Shown here: positions 39,758-50,345 of the stretch, piece by piece | Layout: each line of letters begins with the position of its first letter | Position numbering within the stretch: the first letter of the stretch is position 1 | NCBI GenBank assembly: GCA_043812155.1 | Contig: JBDRMK010000017.1 | Coordinates: 77,824-141,823, forward strand | DNA: 64,000 nucleotides | Origin: Patescibacteria group bacterium | Lineage (GTDB): Bacteria; Patescibacteriota; Patescibacteriia; JAXHNJ01 | Direction of reading: 5' to 3' | The notes under the pieces: generated by a model | The model's input: the letters and a program-made list of their open reading frames with translations, nothing else | Database searches by the model: none | Told to the model about the DNA's origin: nothing | Position numbers and translations under genes: made by a program

Positions 39758-42700
39758 CTATTTACTAATGGTCATATCCACGCCGCCGCGGAATCCCGGA
39801 TGCAAGGCCATAAACTGATGAGCGGCCTGCCCTGAAGAATTCATGATTCTTACCTGCGGTCCGCCGGCGCTCATGGGCGTGACAATAATTTCCGAAGTGC
39901 CGTCCGCGTCCAGATCCGCCACCGCGATATCCGCTCCGCCGCGGAAAGAAGTGGCAAAAGCGAAGAATTGTCTTTCCAAACCGTTTGGTCCGTAAACTTG
40001 AATATGCGCTCCGCCCCTCACCGGCGACACGACCAATTCCGCCTGGTTATCGCCGTCCACGTCGCCGATGCCCGCTTTCAAACCCATCCGCCAGGCGCGA
40101 TTATAGGCAAAGCCGGAAAGTAAAGCCGAGCCAGTATAAGTAACCACACGATATTGAGGTCCGCCGGCTGAAGCCGGGGTCAAAGCCAAGTCTTTCGCTC
40201 CGTCGCCGTTATAGTCACCCAGTGCTATATTTACCCCGCCGCGGAAACCGGTCGGGAAAGCGAAAAACTGGCTGACTAAACCGCCGGTCCCGTTGAATAT
40301 TCTCACGTGAGGCGCCGCGCCCTGGCCAGGAACCGCCACAATTTCGTCCGCGCCGTCGCCATTAACATCACCCACTGTCACTTCCACGCCGGCTCTTAAA
40401 GTGGTGGCAAAGGCAAAGAAAGAAGAATACAGGGAGAGACTGCCGTTAGCGTACTTATAAATTCTGACCTGCGGGCCGCCGTTGGAGGTCGGGGTAACGA
40501 TAATTTCCGCGTTGCCGTCGCCGTCCACGTCGCCCAGAGCCAGAGAATAAGTGCCGCGGAAAGTTCTCGCGAAGACAAAAGTATTGGCCAGGTTCTGGCC
40601 GGAAGAATTAAAGACGCGCAGATGCGGCGCGGCCAAAGCTCCGGGCAAAGTCACGATCTCATCATTGCCATCGCCGTCCAGATCGCCCATTACCGCTTTC
40701 ACTCCTGTTCTTAAATTTGAATTATAGGCCATAAAACTCGCTTGTTGAGTGCCGTTTGAATCCCAGACAGTAACCTGAGGTCCGCCGCCCACTTTGGGTG
40801 CCGTCACGATATTTTTAACCGTATTGCTGCCATAGCGCGAGGAACCGGTGGTTATGGCAAAATCAGTGAAATGATTAACCGTCATCATGATCGTATTTTG
40901 TTCCGTATTCTGGACGACATTGTCGGGCAACTTCCAGGTGGAAGAATTGGAATCCCAGTATCGGCCGATGATCGAAGTTTCTTCAATACCTTCTGCTTTA
41001 AGCATCGCATCATCGTAAAAAATGGTTATCGTAACACTGCTGTTAAAGCTTGAGGTGACTGATTGCCCGTTGCTGTCCGTCAATTCCAAGCTCCAGGCAA
41101 AACCCAAGGCCGGTTTCGCCTCAGGCGTGCGGTATATATTGATATTGGGGGAGGCCGTAAGCGTGTAATTTCCCGAAGAGGCAATAGCATTAGCCGGGAT
41201 GGTAATGATCGAATTATCCGGCAAAGTAATAGTCGTCAATTGCGAGGCGTCAAAAGTACTGCTTATACCTTGAGGGATATTAAAGGCTGATTTCCTTAAA
41301 GTAAAGTTTTTACTGATTATGGTACCGACCGTGCTTAATGTGATCGGCTCTTCATTGGAGCGGTAAAAACTCGTTCCATCCATGCTGTCACAGCCGATAT
41401 ACCAGGTCCCCCTAGTTAAAGGAATATTGTACGAACCATCCATTACCTGACCGCCGGAAAAACCGCCTTGCGGATTCCAGGCGTGGCAAAATCCCATTCT
41501 TAATGCGGTGCCGTCTTCACGAGTAGCTGAACCGGTGACACTGCCTTCCGAGGCCCGAAATTTAAGAGTAATCGGAGTCGTGATATTGGCCGCCACGGAT
41601 ACATCAACATTTTGAGGGGGCAGAAATGACGACATTTCCGGCGGCAGACCGGCGCCGCAGGAATAAGTTCCCGCCACCACACCGATCATGGCGCTGCCGT
41701 CCCTGATCTGTCCTCCGGTATTCAAGACACTGCCGCCTTCAACCGGCCCTTTAACTTCTCTTTCTTTCTGCTTCATGTTGTTGCACCACACCCACCCGTC
41801 TTTGACTTTATTGCCGTTGGGATCTAAAACCGTGGCCGCGATATAAGCGTTAGCCCGATGGGCTTTTAAAGTTTTTACGGCCCGACCGTTGACCGGCACG
41901 GTCACCGGCGATTGATCCGGATTGCCTTGCATAAAACCCGGGGTTCTGATGTTATAGCCGAGAAAATAGGTGCCGTGCTTGACTGAAATGCGATAACTGC
42001 CGTCCGCGTTTATGCGGGCGTTATAGCCAAACCCCTGCCCCTCGCCGTTGGCATAAACATCGCCTTGGACATTCGTGATCACCGCGCCAGTCGAAGCATC
42101 TCTTAAGTAGCCGACGATTTCCCCGTCATTTTGAATTAGGGTCACGTTAACTGTTTTATTTTCTCCGACGGCAACCGCCACTTCCACTTCTTTATCCAAA
42201 GACATGTTTGATTCCGGCGGCACATTAGCGGCGCAAACATAGGTGTAGCCGCCTAATAATTTTATACTGGCGCTTGATCCCTGGATACCCATGCCGAAAT
42301 CACTGCCTGGTCCTGGCTGCGTTCCCTTTTTGCGGCAGTAAGCCCAGCCGTACATATTGGAAATCAGGTTACCGGCCGCGTCTTTTAAAACGATAGTTAC
42401 TTGGGCATCAGCCAGAGTCAAACTAAAATTTACCCCCGTCGTTACCTGAGTATCCGTAAGAATAGACACTCTGGTCTGCCCTCCTTGAGTGATATAATTC
42501 TTCTGGCTGGCGTCCCACTGGTCAATCGCCACCTCCCATTCGCCTTTAAAAACCGGGATGGAATATGAGCCGTCGGCCGCCGTCGTCGCGTTGCTCCAGC
42601 CTGATCCGCCCGATCCTGATATCCAGGCATTGACCCTGATGCTCCCGACAGCCACGCCGGAAGTGTTGGTAACCACGCCCTTGATACGGGCGGCTTTTTC

Positions 42701-43810
42701 TTTCAAATAAATCGTGCCAAGAGCTTTTGTTTCGCCGGTAACTACCGTTACCTGCATGGAAGGAATATAATAAGTTGAGCCTTGTGAATTCAGTTGCAGA
42801 GTATAGGTGCCGGCTTTAGCCGGGATACTGAAAGAGCCGTCGCTCTGCAAACCGCTGCCTGAACCCTGGCCAGTTTCATTTCTTAAATCGACATAATATT
42901 GCCAGGGATCCGCTATAATGCCGCCGTCGGGTTTAACCAATTTGCCCGTAACCGTCGCATCGGCTTTTACCACCGTAAAATTTTGGGTATAGGTTCCGGC
43001 CGCCGAAACATCTATCATCGGATCCTGGCTCTGCCAGAACCAATCTGTGGTCACCCGCTGTCCGTCTACCCATTGGGCATCCGGATGAAGCTGCCAGAGG
43101 CCGGCGGTAGTCAAAGCTAGCCGGAAATATCCGTCGCTGCCGCAATTGGTATTCGACCATTCTTGAGCGCCCTGCAAATTAGCGTTTATCGCGCAAGTCG
43201 AAACCGCGCCGCCGGTATCGTAAGTGACATAACCCTCGATAAATTTATCGATGCCGATCAAAATAGCGCTGTTATTTTGGCCCTGGCCGGCGCCTCCGCA
43301 ATCGGGACCGCAGACCTGGGCGTTGATATCCACGCCGTAAGTGCCGGCGGCTAAAGGATTGATTACGTTATTGATTAAAATCGTAACCGTGCTGCCGCTC
43401 GCGATTGTTTGGGCGTCTGAGAAATACGGCGAAATAAAATTTTGGTTTTGATTTATTATCAGCGTGGTGCCGACACTTGCCCCGTCATCTTTAATATAGC
43501 CAAGGGAAGCGCTGGTAAAATTAATGGCATGGTTAGCATCACTCACTCCATTAAAAAATGTGCTCATATTAAATCCCCCTAACTGTCCGCTGCCAACGGT
43601 CATATCAGCGTTAATCTTGAATGAAAAAAGATAACTGGTGGTGGCGCCCAAAACCGTGCTTGATGGAGAAACGGTAATTTCGGAGATGCCGGCGACTACA
43701 TTAGTGGTATAACCGGCGGCCTGCCCGACGTTTAATCCGATGAATGAAAAAGGTCCAAGCAGAGAAAAAATGGTAATAATACTGATGAAAAATTTGGTTT
43801 TTTTGATCAT
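39758..43810 (-). CDS. Large surface (S-layer-like) protein with beta-sandwich repeats and C-terminal FG-GAP/VCBS propeller
   Basis: Signal peptide, T(A/D)ADGSY-type repeats, NHFTDFA, repeated GDVDGDG..GGPQVR. Confidence 0.85.
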   Translation of the reverse strand: MIKKTKFFISIITIFSLLGPFSFIGLNVGQAAGYTTNVVAGISEITVSPSSTVLGATTSYLFSFKINADMTVGSGQLGGFNMSTFFNGVSDANHAINFTSASLGYIKDDGASVGTTLIINQNQNFISPYFSDAQTIASGSTVTILINNVINPLAAGTYGVDINAQVCGPDCGGAGQGQNNSAILIGIDKFIEGYVTYDTGGAVSTCAINANLQGAQEWSNTNCGSDGYFRLALTTAGLWQLHPDAQWVDGQRVTTDWFWQSQDPMIDVSAAGTYTQNFTVVKADATVTGKLVKPDGGIIADPWQYYVDLRNETGQGSGSGLQSDGSFSIPAKAGTYTLQLNSQGSTYYIPSMQVTVVTGETKALGTIYLKEKAARIKGVVTNTSGVAVGSIRVNAWISGSGGSGWSNATTAADGSYSIPVFKGEWEVAIDQWDASQKNYITQGGQTRVSILTDTQVTTGVNFSLTLADAQVTIVLKDAAGNLISNMYGWAYCRKKGTQPGPGSDFGMGIQGSSASIKLLGGYTYVCAANVPPESNMSLDKEVEVAVAVGENKTVNVTLIQNDGEIVGYLRDASTGAVITNVQGDVYANGEGQGFGYNARINADGSYRISVKHGTYFLGYNIRTPGFMQGNPDQSPVTVPVNGRAVKTLKAHRANAYIAATVLDPNGNKVKDGWVWCNNMKQKEREVKGPVEGGSVLNTGGQIRDGSAMIGVVAGTYSCGAGLPPEMSSFLPPQNVDVSVAANITTPITLKFRASEGSVTGSATREDGTALRMGFCHAWNPQGGFSGGQVMDGSYNIPLTRGTWYIGCDSMDGTSFYRSNEEPITLSTVGTIISKNFTLRKSAFNIPQGISSTFDASQLTTITLPDNSIITIPANAIASSGNYTLTASPNINIYRTPEAKPALGFAWSLELTDSNGQSVTSSFNSSVTITIFYDDAMLKAEGIEETSIIGRYWDSNSSTWKLPDNVVQNTEQNTIMMTVNHFTDFAITTGSSRYGSNTVKNIVTAPKVGGGPQVTVWDSNGTQQASFMAYNSNLRTGVKAVMGDLDGDGNDEIVTLPGALAAPHLRVFNSSGQNLANTFVFARTFRGTYSLALGDVDGDGNAEIIVTPTSNGGPQVRIYKYANGSLSLYSSFFAFATTLRAGVEVTVGDVNGDGADEIVAVPGQGAAPHVRIFNGTGGLVSQFFAFPTGFRGGVNIALGDYNGDGAKDLALTPASAGGPQYRVVTYTGSALLSGFAYNRAWRMGLKAGIGDVDGDNQAELVVSPVRGGAHIQVYGPNGLERQFFAFATSFRGGADIAVADLDADGTSEIIVTPMSAGGPQVRIMNSSGQAAHQFMALHPGFRGGVDMTISK

Positions 43811-44000
43811 ATTATTTTGTTTAATTTTTAATATATATTTAAATTAGTAGTGGTCTAAAATAAAAAAACCACAAAATTAGTGGTTATCTAAACCCTCCCT
43901 TGTTCCATCCCTCCCCTGTTTTATTAAACTTTTTGTTTTTTGCATGAAGAAAAGTTGAAAAAACCTCTCTTTTAGCTAAATTTTTTTGTTTTCTTACTTT

Positions 44001-44029
44001 ATTATACACCTATATTTCTATTTTGTCAA
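44001..44029 (-). promoter_or_regulatory. Consensus sigma70 promoter for the surface protein gene
   Basis: Minus strand TTGACA-17 nt-TATAAT. Confidence 0.75.
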
Positions 44030-44090
44030 CCGTAAACGGCTTAGATTACTGTATTTTCAACAATATGTGATAATTTTTTAAATAAACGAA

Positions 44091-44144
44091 AAGGCGCATG
44101 TGATCACCTTAAAACTAAGTTGCTTAAGAGGCGACATGCGCCTT
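44091..44144. terminator. Long hairpin, probable terminator
   Basis: AAGGCGCATGT...ACATGCGCCTT inverted repeat with a U-tract on the minus strand. Confidence 0.55.
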
Positions 44145-44165
44145 AATGGGGTTTATTATCCAATT

Positions 44166-44468
44166 TTATCCCGCCGTTAGCCGGCTCCCTGCACTATTTC
44201 CCAGAGGACCGCGTAGCGGCAGAATAAAATATGATGATGTAGCCCCAACTTTCTCTTTGTTTCTGGAGTCAAAAAGATCAATATATCTCAACCATTCTTC
44301 CGGTATAATCTCTGGTTTTAAGGCCAAAAATCTACCTTTTTGTTTTTGTGTTACAAATTTTTTCAAACGGGTGTCCAGAAAACACCCATGACGAATAGTT
44401 GAGAAGGGCCTTTTCCCAAATTTAGCTAATATTAGGGAAAAACCCTTCTCAGCTGATATTATTGTCAA
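44166..44468 (-). CDS. Possible hypothetical protein
   Basis: 100-aa TTG-start ORF between a TTGACA-type promoter and a terminator hairpin. No recognisable motif. Confidence 0.35.
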   Translation of the reverse strand: MTIISAEKGFSLILAKFGKRPFSTIRHGCFLDTRLKKFVTQKQKGRFLALKPEIIPEEWLRYIDLFDSRNKEKVGATSSYFILPLRGPLGNSAGSRLTAG

Positions 44469-44611
44469 ACTTACACCAATAGTATATCAGACTATCTATG
44501 TATTGTCAAGTACGCTCAAAAATTAAAAAATTAGCTTAAACTAGCTAAAATATCCTGTGGATAAAATTCTATATATTTAATATAAATATAAAAATTATAA
44601 TTTGGCTAATA

Positions 44612-45169
44612 TTAGCCTAATCTATTTTTTATATATTTAAATATTTTTTGGTATTCTTCTTCCTTGGAAAATGAAGTAGTATCAAGGAAAAAATCAAAAT
44701 TGTCCGGATTAAACACATCAATCCCGTATATTTCACGATACCGTTTTTCATCGCTTTTCATCCGTTCACGGTTTATCTGGAGAACATCCTCTACATTCGT
44801 CACCTGTCTGGCTTCATTCCTCATGCTGTTGATTTTAAAATCTTCAAAAACTCTTTTTGCCCCGATATTTTCGTCAACATCCAAAAATATTTTTAAGGAT
44901 TGGGGAATGAAATGGTAAGCGGTCCGACCTTCAATAACCAAATTGTCCTCTCTTTTTCCGATCTCAGACAATTGTTTGTCAACTTCTTTATCAATAGAAT
45001 GATCTTTCTCCCCTAATTTCAGATATTCAACCAAAGTCAGATTCTTCTTTTTGGAAGCGGCCCGAAAAATATCGCCCATGTAATACCTTTTATAGCCTAA
45101 GTCTTGGGCCAGTCTTTTGGCGATCGTTGACTTGCCGCTTCCGGGTTTTCCCGAAATGGAAATTATCAT
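44612..45169 (-). CDS. cmk: Cytidylate kinase (archaeal-type)
   Basis: ISGKPGSGKST, IDKEVD, IEGR, RYREIYG motifs. Confidence 0.85.
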   Translation of the reverse strand: MIISISGKPGSGKSTIAKRLAQDLGYKRYYMGDIFRAASKKKNLTLVEYLKLGEKDHSIDKEVDKQLSEIGKREDNLVIEGRTAYHFIPQSLKIFLDVDENIGAKRVFEDFKINSMRNEARQVTNVEDVLQINRERMKSDEKRYREIYGIDVFNPDNFDFFLDTTSFSKEEEYQKIFKYIKNRLG

Positions 45170-45191
45170 TTTTTATGATTTTTGATTTTCG

Positions 45192-47435
45192 TTAAAATCT
45201 TTTACGCGGGCTAAACGGTCTTCTCCCCCGGCCGCTTGAATCGTGCGAGTCGCGGGAAAAATTGTCATAACCGGCCGGCGCTTGCGATAAGGCCTTGACC
45301 GAGAGACTGACTCGGCCTCTTTCTTTATCCACGTCAACGACCTTAACTTTTATTTTGTCGCCGACCTTAACTATGTCGCTTACCTTATTGATCCTTTGGT
45401 AGGAAAATTCAGAAATATGGACCATGCCGTCATGGCCGGGAAATAATTCCACGATCGCTCCGATCTCCTTGCTTTCATTGTTCCGGTCCTTCAAGATCTG
45501 GGTGACCACGCCTTCATGGACTTCTCCGATGACCACTTCGCGCGTCAAATTTTTCACCCACTCAAGAGCTTTATTTCCCATTTCCGGATTATGAGCCGTG
45601 ATCAAAACCAGGCCGTCATCTTCAATGTCAATTTTTGTCACGTCGCGGCCGCCGCACTCATCAATGATCTTATTGATCGTTTCTCCGCCGCGGCCAATCA
45701 CTTCTCTTATTTGCTCCGGATCAATTCTTAAGGAATAGATCCGAGGGGCATACATGGAAAGTTCTTTTCTGGGAGCGGGAATCACGCCTTTTATCACATC
45801 TAAGATTTTCAGCCTGGCAATTTTGGCGGCCTCTAATGTTTCCTTACAAATCTGCGTATTTAGGCCGGAAACTTTGATATCCAGCTGCATGGCCGTAATG
45901 CCGTTTTCCGTGCCGGCGACTTTGAAATCCATGCCGCCGGAATGGTCTTCGATCCCCTGGATATCGGTTAAAATCTTATATTTCCCGCTTTTTTCATCCA
46001 TGATTATACCCATGGCGATGCCGGCGACCGGAGTCTTTATCGGCACCCCGGCGTCCATTAAAGCCAAGGATGAACCACAAACGGAAGCCTGGGAAGTAGA
46101 ACCATTAGAAGACAAGACCTCGGAAACAACGCGAATGGTATATGGAAAATCTTCTTTGGAAGGCAATACCGGCTCAAGCGATTTTTCCGCGAGAGCCCCG
46201 TGGCCGATTTCCCGCCGGCCCGCGCCCCGCAAAGGCGCCACTTCGCCGACGGAAAATCCGGGGAAATTATAATGATGCATGTATCTTTTTTTGCCTGATT
46301 CTTCCATGGTGTCCAGGGTCTGTTCGTCTCCGGGCGAGCCTAAGGTAACAATGGAAAGCACCTGTGTTTCGCCGCGGTTAAAAAGACCGGAACCGTGCGT
46401 CCGCGGCAAGAGCCCGACTTGAGCCGAAAGCGGTCTGACTTCGTCCAAAGCGCGGCCGTCTACCCGCACTCCATCTTCCAAGACAATTCGCTTGGCTTCA
46501 GCGTCCAGAAGTTCTTCCAATAGGATCAAACCCTTGGCCCGTGTTTCCTTGCTCACCTCGTTGTCTTCTTTTAAGACGGTATCCAACTCTTCTTTTAATT
46601 TGGTTAATTCCTCTTCGCGTTTGGTCTTATCTTTTGTCTTTAATAATTCTTTTATTTTTCCCGCCGCGAAATCTTTGACCTTGCCTTGAACTTTTTCAAA
46701 AGCTTCTCTTTCTTCTTCGTTTTCCCCTTCAAAATCGCCTGTTATTTTTTCCGAACCGACCTTTTTTCTCACTTCTTCCATCAGCTCGATCACGGTGCCT
46801 AAATTTTTCTGGGCAAAAACGATGCCTTCTATAATCACTTCTTCTGAAGTTTCATTGGCCTTAGCCTCCATCATGACCACTTTATCTTGGGTACCGGCTA
46901 CCACGAGATCAAAAGCGCTCTTTTCGCGGGCGGCATACGTGGGATTTAACACCCATTCGCCGTTTATCTGGCCGACTCGGGCGCAGGCGATCGGACCATT
47001 CCAGGGAATACTGGAAAGATGCAAAGCGCAGGAAGCGGCAATCAGGGAAATAATATCGGAATCATTTTCCTGGTCCACGGAAAGAACGGTAATCACCAAC
47101 TGCACGTCGTTCCTCATTTTCTGGTTGAAAAAAGGCCGCATGGCGCGGTCAACCAGCCGGGAAATCAAGATCGCGTCGTCGGAAGGCCGACCTTCCCTTT
47201 TGATAAAACGAGAGCCTTTTATTTTTCCGGCGGCATAAAGTCTCTCTTCGTAATCAACCAAAAGCGGGAAGTAATCAATGCCTTCCCTGATGTTGCGGCT
47301 CATCACGGCCGTGGCTAAAACCACGGTGTCGCCGTACTGAACCGTGCAGGAGCCGTGGGCCTGACCCGCGAGTTTGCCTGTTTCGATGATTAGTTTTTTT
47401 CCGGCCAATTCTCTTTCAAATCTTTGCACGGACAT
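45192..47435 (-). CDS. pnp: Polyribonucleotide nucleotidyltransferase
   Basis: Two RNase PH domains, [19 protein letters not shown] and S1 domains. Confidence 0.97.
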   Translation of the reverse strand: MSVQRFERELAGKKLIIETGKLAGQAHGSCTVQYGDTVVLATAVMSRNIREGIDYFPLLVDYEERLYAAGKIKGSRFIKREGRPSDDAILISRLVDRAMRPFFNQKMRNDVQLVITVLSVDQENDSDIISLIAASCALHLSSIPWNGPIACARVGQINGEWVLNPTYAAREKSAFDLVVAGTQDKVVMMEAKANETSEEVIIEGIVFAQKNLGTVIELMEEVRKKVGSEKITGDFEGENEEEREAFEKVQGKVKDFAAGKIKELLKTKDKTKREEELTKLKEELDTVLKEDNEVSKETRAKGLILLEELLDAEAKRIVLEDGVRVDGRALDEVRPLSAQVGLLPRTHGSGLFNRGETQVLSIVTLGSPGDEQTLDTMEESGKKRYMHHYNFPGFSVGEVAPLRGAGRREIGHGALAEKSLEPVLPSKEDFPYTIRVVSEVLSSNGSTSQASVCGSSLALMDAGVPIKTPVAGIAMGIIMDEKSGKYKILTDIQGIEDHSGGMDFKVAGTENGITAMQLDIKVSGLNTQICKETLEAAKIARLKILDVIKGVIPAPRKELSMYAPRIYSLRIDPEQIREVIGRGGETINKIIDECGGRDVTKIDIEDDGLVLITAHNPEMGNKALEWVKNLTREVVIGEVHEGVVTQILKDRNNESKEIGAIVELFPGHDGMVHISEFSYQRINKVSDIVKVGDKIKVKVVDVDKERGRVSLSVKALSQAPAGYDNFSRDSHDSSGRGRRPFSPRKRF

Positions 47436-47452
47436 AAAAATACCTTTCTTTC

Positions 47453-47528
47453 TTGGCCGGCAGGCTCTAGACTACCCGAAAGGGCTTTTTTAAGCGCTTT
47501 GTTGATAGTCCATCTGTCTGGCGGCCAA
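47453..47528 (-). promoter_or_regulatory. Long stem-loop in the pnp leader
   Basis: TTGGCCG/CGGCCAA outer arm and GACTATC/GGTAGTC inner arm, just upstream of the RBS. Confidence 0.6.
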
Positions 47529-47559
47529 TTATTTATTTAGTTATAAATTGTAAAATTTT

Positions 47560-48291
47560 TTACGCGGCTTTTTCCGTCGGCTCTTTATCGTCTTCCGCGG
47601 AAATTTCATTTTGCTCTTTTATTATTTTCTTTTGTTCCCTTATATCCTTCCTAATCATACTCGCTGGACCGCGGCCAGCAAAACCTTTCTTCACGTAGTC
47701 AATTTGTTTAGTGGTTGACGCCAAATCAAGACCTTTATCACGCTGTAAGACTCCTGATGTTTCGAGAATTCCACCTTTTTTTTTCATAGCGCTTACTAAT
47801 CCAAGATCTCTATCCGGCCCCATCGCATTTTCCATTTTTTTCTCCCAATTATCCGGGATCGCGTCGCCAAATTTCGCTTCCGTTGCTCGCCAGGCTCTTT
47901 CCATAATAGTCTTTAATCTATTAACTAATAGTGTGGCTTCCGAGGTGCTTAAATTTTTCGCGCCTTCTCTTTCAGCCTTATTTCTTAATCTTATAACATC
48001 GCCATCTCGATTTAACATCAAGTCAGTTTCCTTTTTAAAAAAACGAAAAATTCTTCCTTTATTCTCATATTCTCTCCGCTTCGCTTCAGGCATATTAATA
48101 TCTGGAATGGCATATTGATTCGTCTCATCGCCCATCTCAACCAGAGCTTTGCCTAATGAAGGCTCCAAACCATAAAACTGGGAATCAACCGGATACCTGC
48201 CTATATGTTCTTCAGCGACCTCATTTGATGCTGACGGAAAATCTTCGGCCGGTCCGATTTCTAATTTTGATGTTTCCTCACCATTAGCCAT
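47560..48291 (-). CDS. Hypothetical protein
   Basis: 243-aa charged ORF with no recognisable motif. Confidence 0.65.
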   Translation of the reverse strand: MANGEETSKLEIGPAEDFPSASNEVAEEHIGRYPVDSQFYGLEPSLGKALVEMGDETNQYAIPDINMPEAKRREYENKGRIFRFFKKETDLMLNRDGDVIRLRNKAEREGAKNLSTSEATLLVNRLKTIMERAWRATEAKFGDAIPDNWEKKMENAMGPDRDLGLVSAMKKKGGILETSGVLQRDKGLDLASTTKQIDYVKKGFAGRGPASMIRKDIREQKKIIKEQNEISAEDDKEPTEKAA

Positions 48292-48309
48292 ATGTTTATC
48301 AATTAATAT

Positions 48310-48840
48310 TTATCTTCTCCTGTTCGGCCTTCGCGGGCCGATAGGCAATAAAAATTTCTTTTTATTGGCGGATAAATCGGTAAATTCATCAGCGGTTTCC
48401 TTCAGTTTAGTAGAGCAGGATTCGCCGAAAGCCATCACTTCCACAAAACAGCCTTTGTTTGTTTTTAAATAATTGACCAAAGGCAGGTAATCGCCGTCGC
48501 CGGTGACTAAAATAACCGTGTCCATTTTATTGGCAAGCAAAACGGCGTCAATAGTGATGCCGACGTCCCAGTCGCCTTTTTTCGCTCCCCCCCAGAAAAC
48601 CTGTAAATCTTTCATCTTCACTTCAAAACCCTGCTTGTCTAGGGCTTCAAAAAAATTCTGTTCTTCTTGGCTGGCCGCTTTAATAACGTAAGCGATCGCC
48701 CGGATCAGTTTCCGGCCGGAAACCGCTTCTTCCAAAATTTTGCCGAAATTTACTTTCGCCCCGTACAGATTTTTAGCAGAATGATACATGTTAGAAACGT
48801 CAACAAAAACTCCAACCCGCTGCTCAAGATGCTTTATCAT
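48310..48840 (-). CDS. NYN domain (LabA/DUF88, PIN-like) protein
   Basis: FVDVSN, KGDWDVGITID, VTGDGDY motifs. Confidence 0.92.
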   Translation of the reverse strand: MIKHLEQRVGVFVDVSNMYHSAKNLYGAKVNFGKILEEAVSGRKLIRAIAYVIKAASQEEQNFFEALDKQGFEVKMKDLQVFWGGAKKGDWDVGITIDAVLLANKMDTVILVTGDGDYLPLVNYLKTNKGCFVEVMAFGESCSTKLKETADEFTDLSANKKKFLLPIGPRRPNRRR

Positions 48841-49106
48841 TATTTCAATTTTAATTTTTTAATTAAAGACTCGTAGCCTTTCTGATTGTCTTTTTCCAGG
48901 TATTTTAAAAGCCGCCGGCGCAGTCCCACTTTGCGCAAAAGCCCGCGGCGGGAAGAGAAATCTTTTTTATGGGTTTTTAAGTGATCCGTCAGCTGCCGGA
49001 TCTCCTCCGAGAGAATGGCGATCTGCACTTCGCTTGAACCGGTGTCAGAAGCATGAGTCTTGTACTTCTCAATGATTCGGTCTTTTTGCAGTTTTGATAA
49101 AGGCAT
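48840..49106 (-). CDS. rpsO: 30S ribosomal protein S15
   Basis: [21 protein letters not shown] motifs. Confidence 0.98.
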   Translation of the reverse strand: MPLSKLQKDRIIEKYKTHASDTGSSEVQIAILSEEIRQLTDHLKTHKKDFSSRRGLLRKVGLRRRLLKYLEKDNQKGYESLIKKLKLK

Positions 49107-49123
49107 ACTTTTTCCTTTGTCCG

Positions 49124-49163
49124 CGCCTTCCCAGTTAAGTCTTTGGCTTAACGCGAGAAAACG
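49124..49163 (-). promoter_or_regulatory. Hairpin in the rpsO leader (candidate S15 autoregulatory RNA)
   Basis: CGTTTTCTC/GGGAAGGCG and GTTAAG/CTTAAC stems ending 17 nt before the ATG. Confidence 0.55.
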
Positions 49164-49238
49164 TAGCTAATAATTAATAAGATAATAATGACATAAAGGC
49201 GGTTAAAGGTCAAGAGGCATCTTGGCTAATTTATAATG

Positions 49239-49487
49239 AAGCACAAAATTCAAAGCTCAAAATCCAAAACAATACCTAATGATCAAAATTCAAATATCAA
49301 AACCAATCCGCCGTCAACCTTAATTTATTTCAGGGTCTCCTTTTATTCAATAAAGTCTTGATAAAGCGGAAGATGCTGAAACCACGCCAGGGACGGCCAG
49401 GCAATTTCAGTATGACGGAGGAAAGAGCGGGTTTTTGATTTAAGATTTTGAATTTATAATTTGTTTTGTGCTTTGTGCTTTGAATTT
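49239..49487. repeat. Inverted heptamer-repeat arms enclosing a REP-like pair
   Basis: aagcaca-aaattca-aagctca-aaatcca.. versus ..tgtgctt-tgtgctt-tgaattt. Inner ccgtcaaccttaatttatttcagggtct / agatgctgaaa..ttcagtatgacgg. Confidence 0.7.
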
Positions 49488-49581
49488 ATAACCAAAATCA
49501 CCCTCAAAATCATGCTTATCGCAAAAAACATAACCATAACTTAGTCTTGCCATTTAAGTCTTTGTGTCGTAAAATGTAATC

Positions 49582-50319
49582 ATGCAAGAGGAAATAAAAA
49601 ACTTGATGGCGGATTTCATTAAAGCCAAAAAACAGGAAGTTAATTCGGCCACCCTCAATAATTACAGATTTTATCTTAACCGTTTTTTTTATCTTTTAAA
49701 CTTGTCAGGGCCGGAAGAACTTAATTATCAAACCGTCAGGGCTTTTCGGGGAAAATTAAATCAGCTAAAATTAAGCCCCGCCACGCAGAACTACCACCTG
49801 ATCGCCCTGCGATCATTCTTAAAGTTTTTAAACGAAGAAAACATCAACAACCTTGATCCAAAAAAAATAACTCTATATCCGGTGAAGATTTCCAAAAATG
49901 AGCCCGTGACAAAAAAAGAAATAGAAAAAATAATGGAAACACCGGACAAAGATGATGTTTCAAAAATTATCAACAAAAGGGACAAGCTCCTCCTGGAACT
50001 GCTTTTTTCCTCACAGTATAAAGTGTCAAAAATTGCCAAGTTGAAAATAAAGGAAGTCTCCGGTTTAAAAATTGGCGAGCAGGGAAAATACTGGCTAAAA
50101 TTGTATTTAAAATCCAGAAAGGATAAAAGCGAATTTCTTTTTATCCGCCATGACCGAGCTCAACCAAAAGCCATGCGCCATAAGCCATACGCCATAAGCC
50201 CTCTGACGGCACGCTCCATCCAAAGAATCGTCGCTTCTTGCGCCAAGAAAGCCGGCATTAGGAAAAAAATCACGCCGGAAAGCTTCAGAAATATTGCGAT
50301 AAATTATTTTTTTACTTAA
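49582..50319 (+). CDS. Degenerate XerC/D-like tyrosine recombinase, probably catalytically inactive
   Basis: SAM-like N-domain (TQNYHLIALRSFLK). The GLR Arg is replaced (SQYKV), HxxR reads ESFR, and the ORF stops before the catalytic Tyr. Confidence 0.8.
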   Translation: MQEEIKNLMADFIKAKKQEVNSATLNNYRFYLNRFFYLLNLSGPEELNYQTVRAFRGKLNQLKLSPATQNYHLIALRSFLKFLNEENINNLDPKKITLYPVKISKNEPVTKKEIEKIMETPDKDDVSKIINKRDKLLLELLFSSQYKVSKIAKLKIKEVSGLKIGEQGKYWLKLYLKSRKDKSEFLFIRHDRAQPKAMRHKPYAISPLTARSIQRIVASCAKKAGIRKKITPESFRNIAINYFFT

Positions 50320-50345
50320 TCCTAATAACATGCTATAATAAAATT

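Noticed and set aside
49582-50319. Integron integrase or active prophage integrase
   Set aside because: Catalytic residues are missing, and I could not identify attC-like sites or phage genes.
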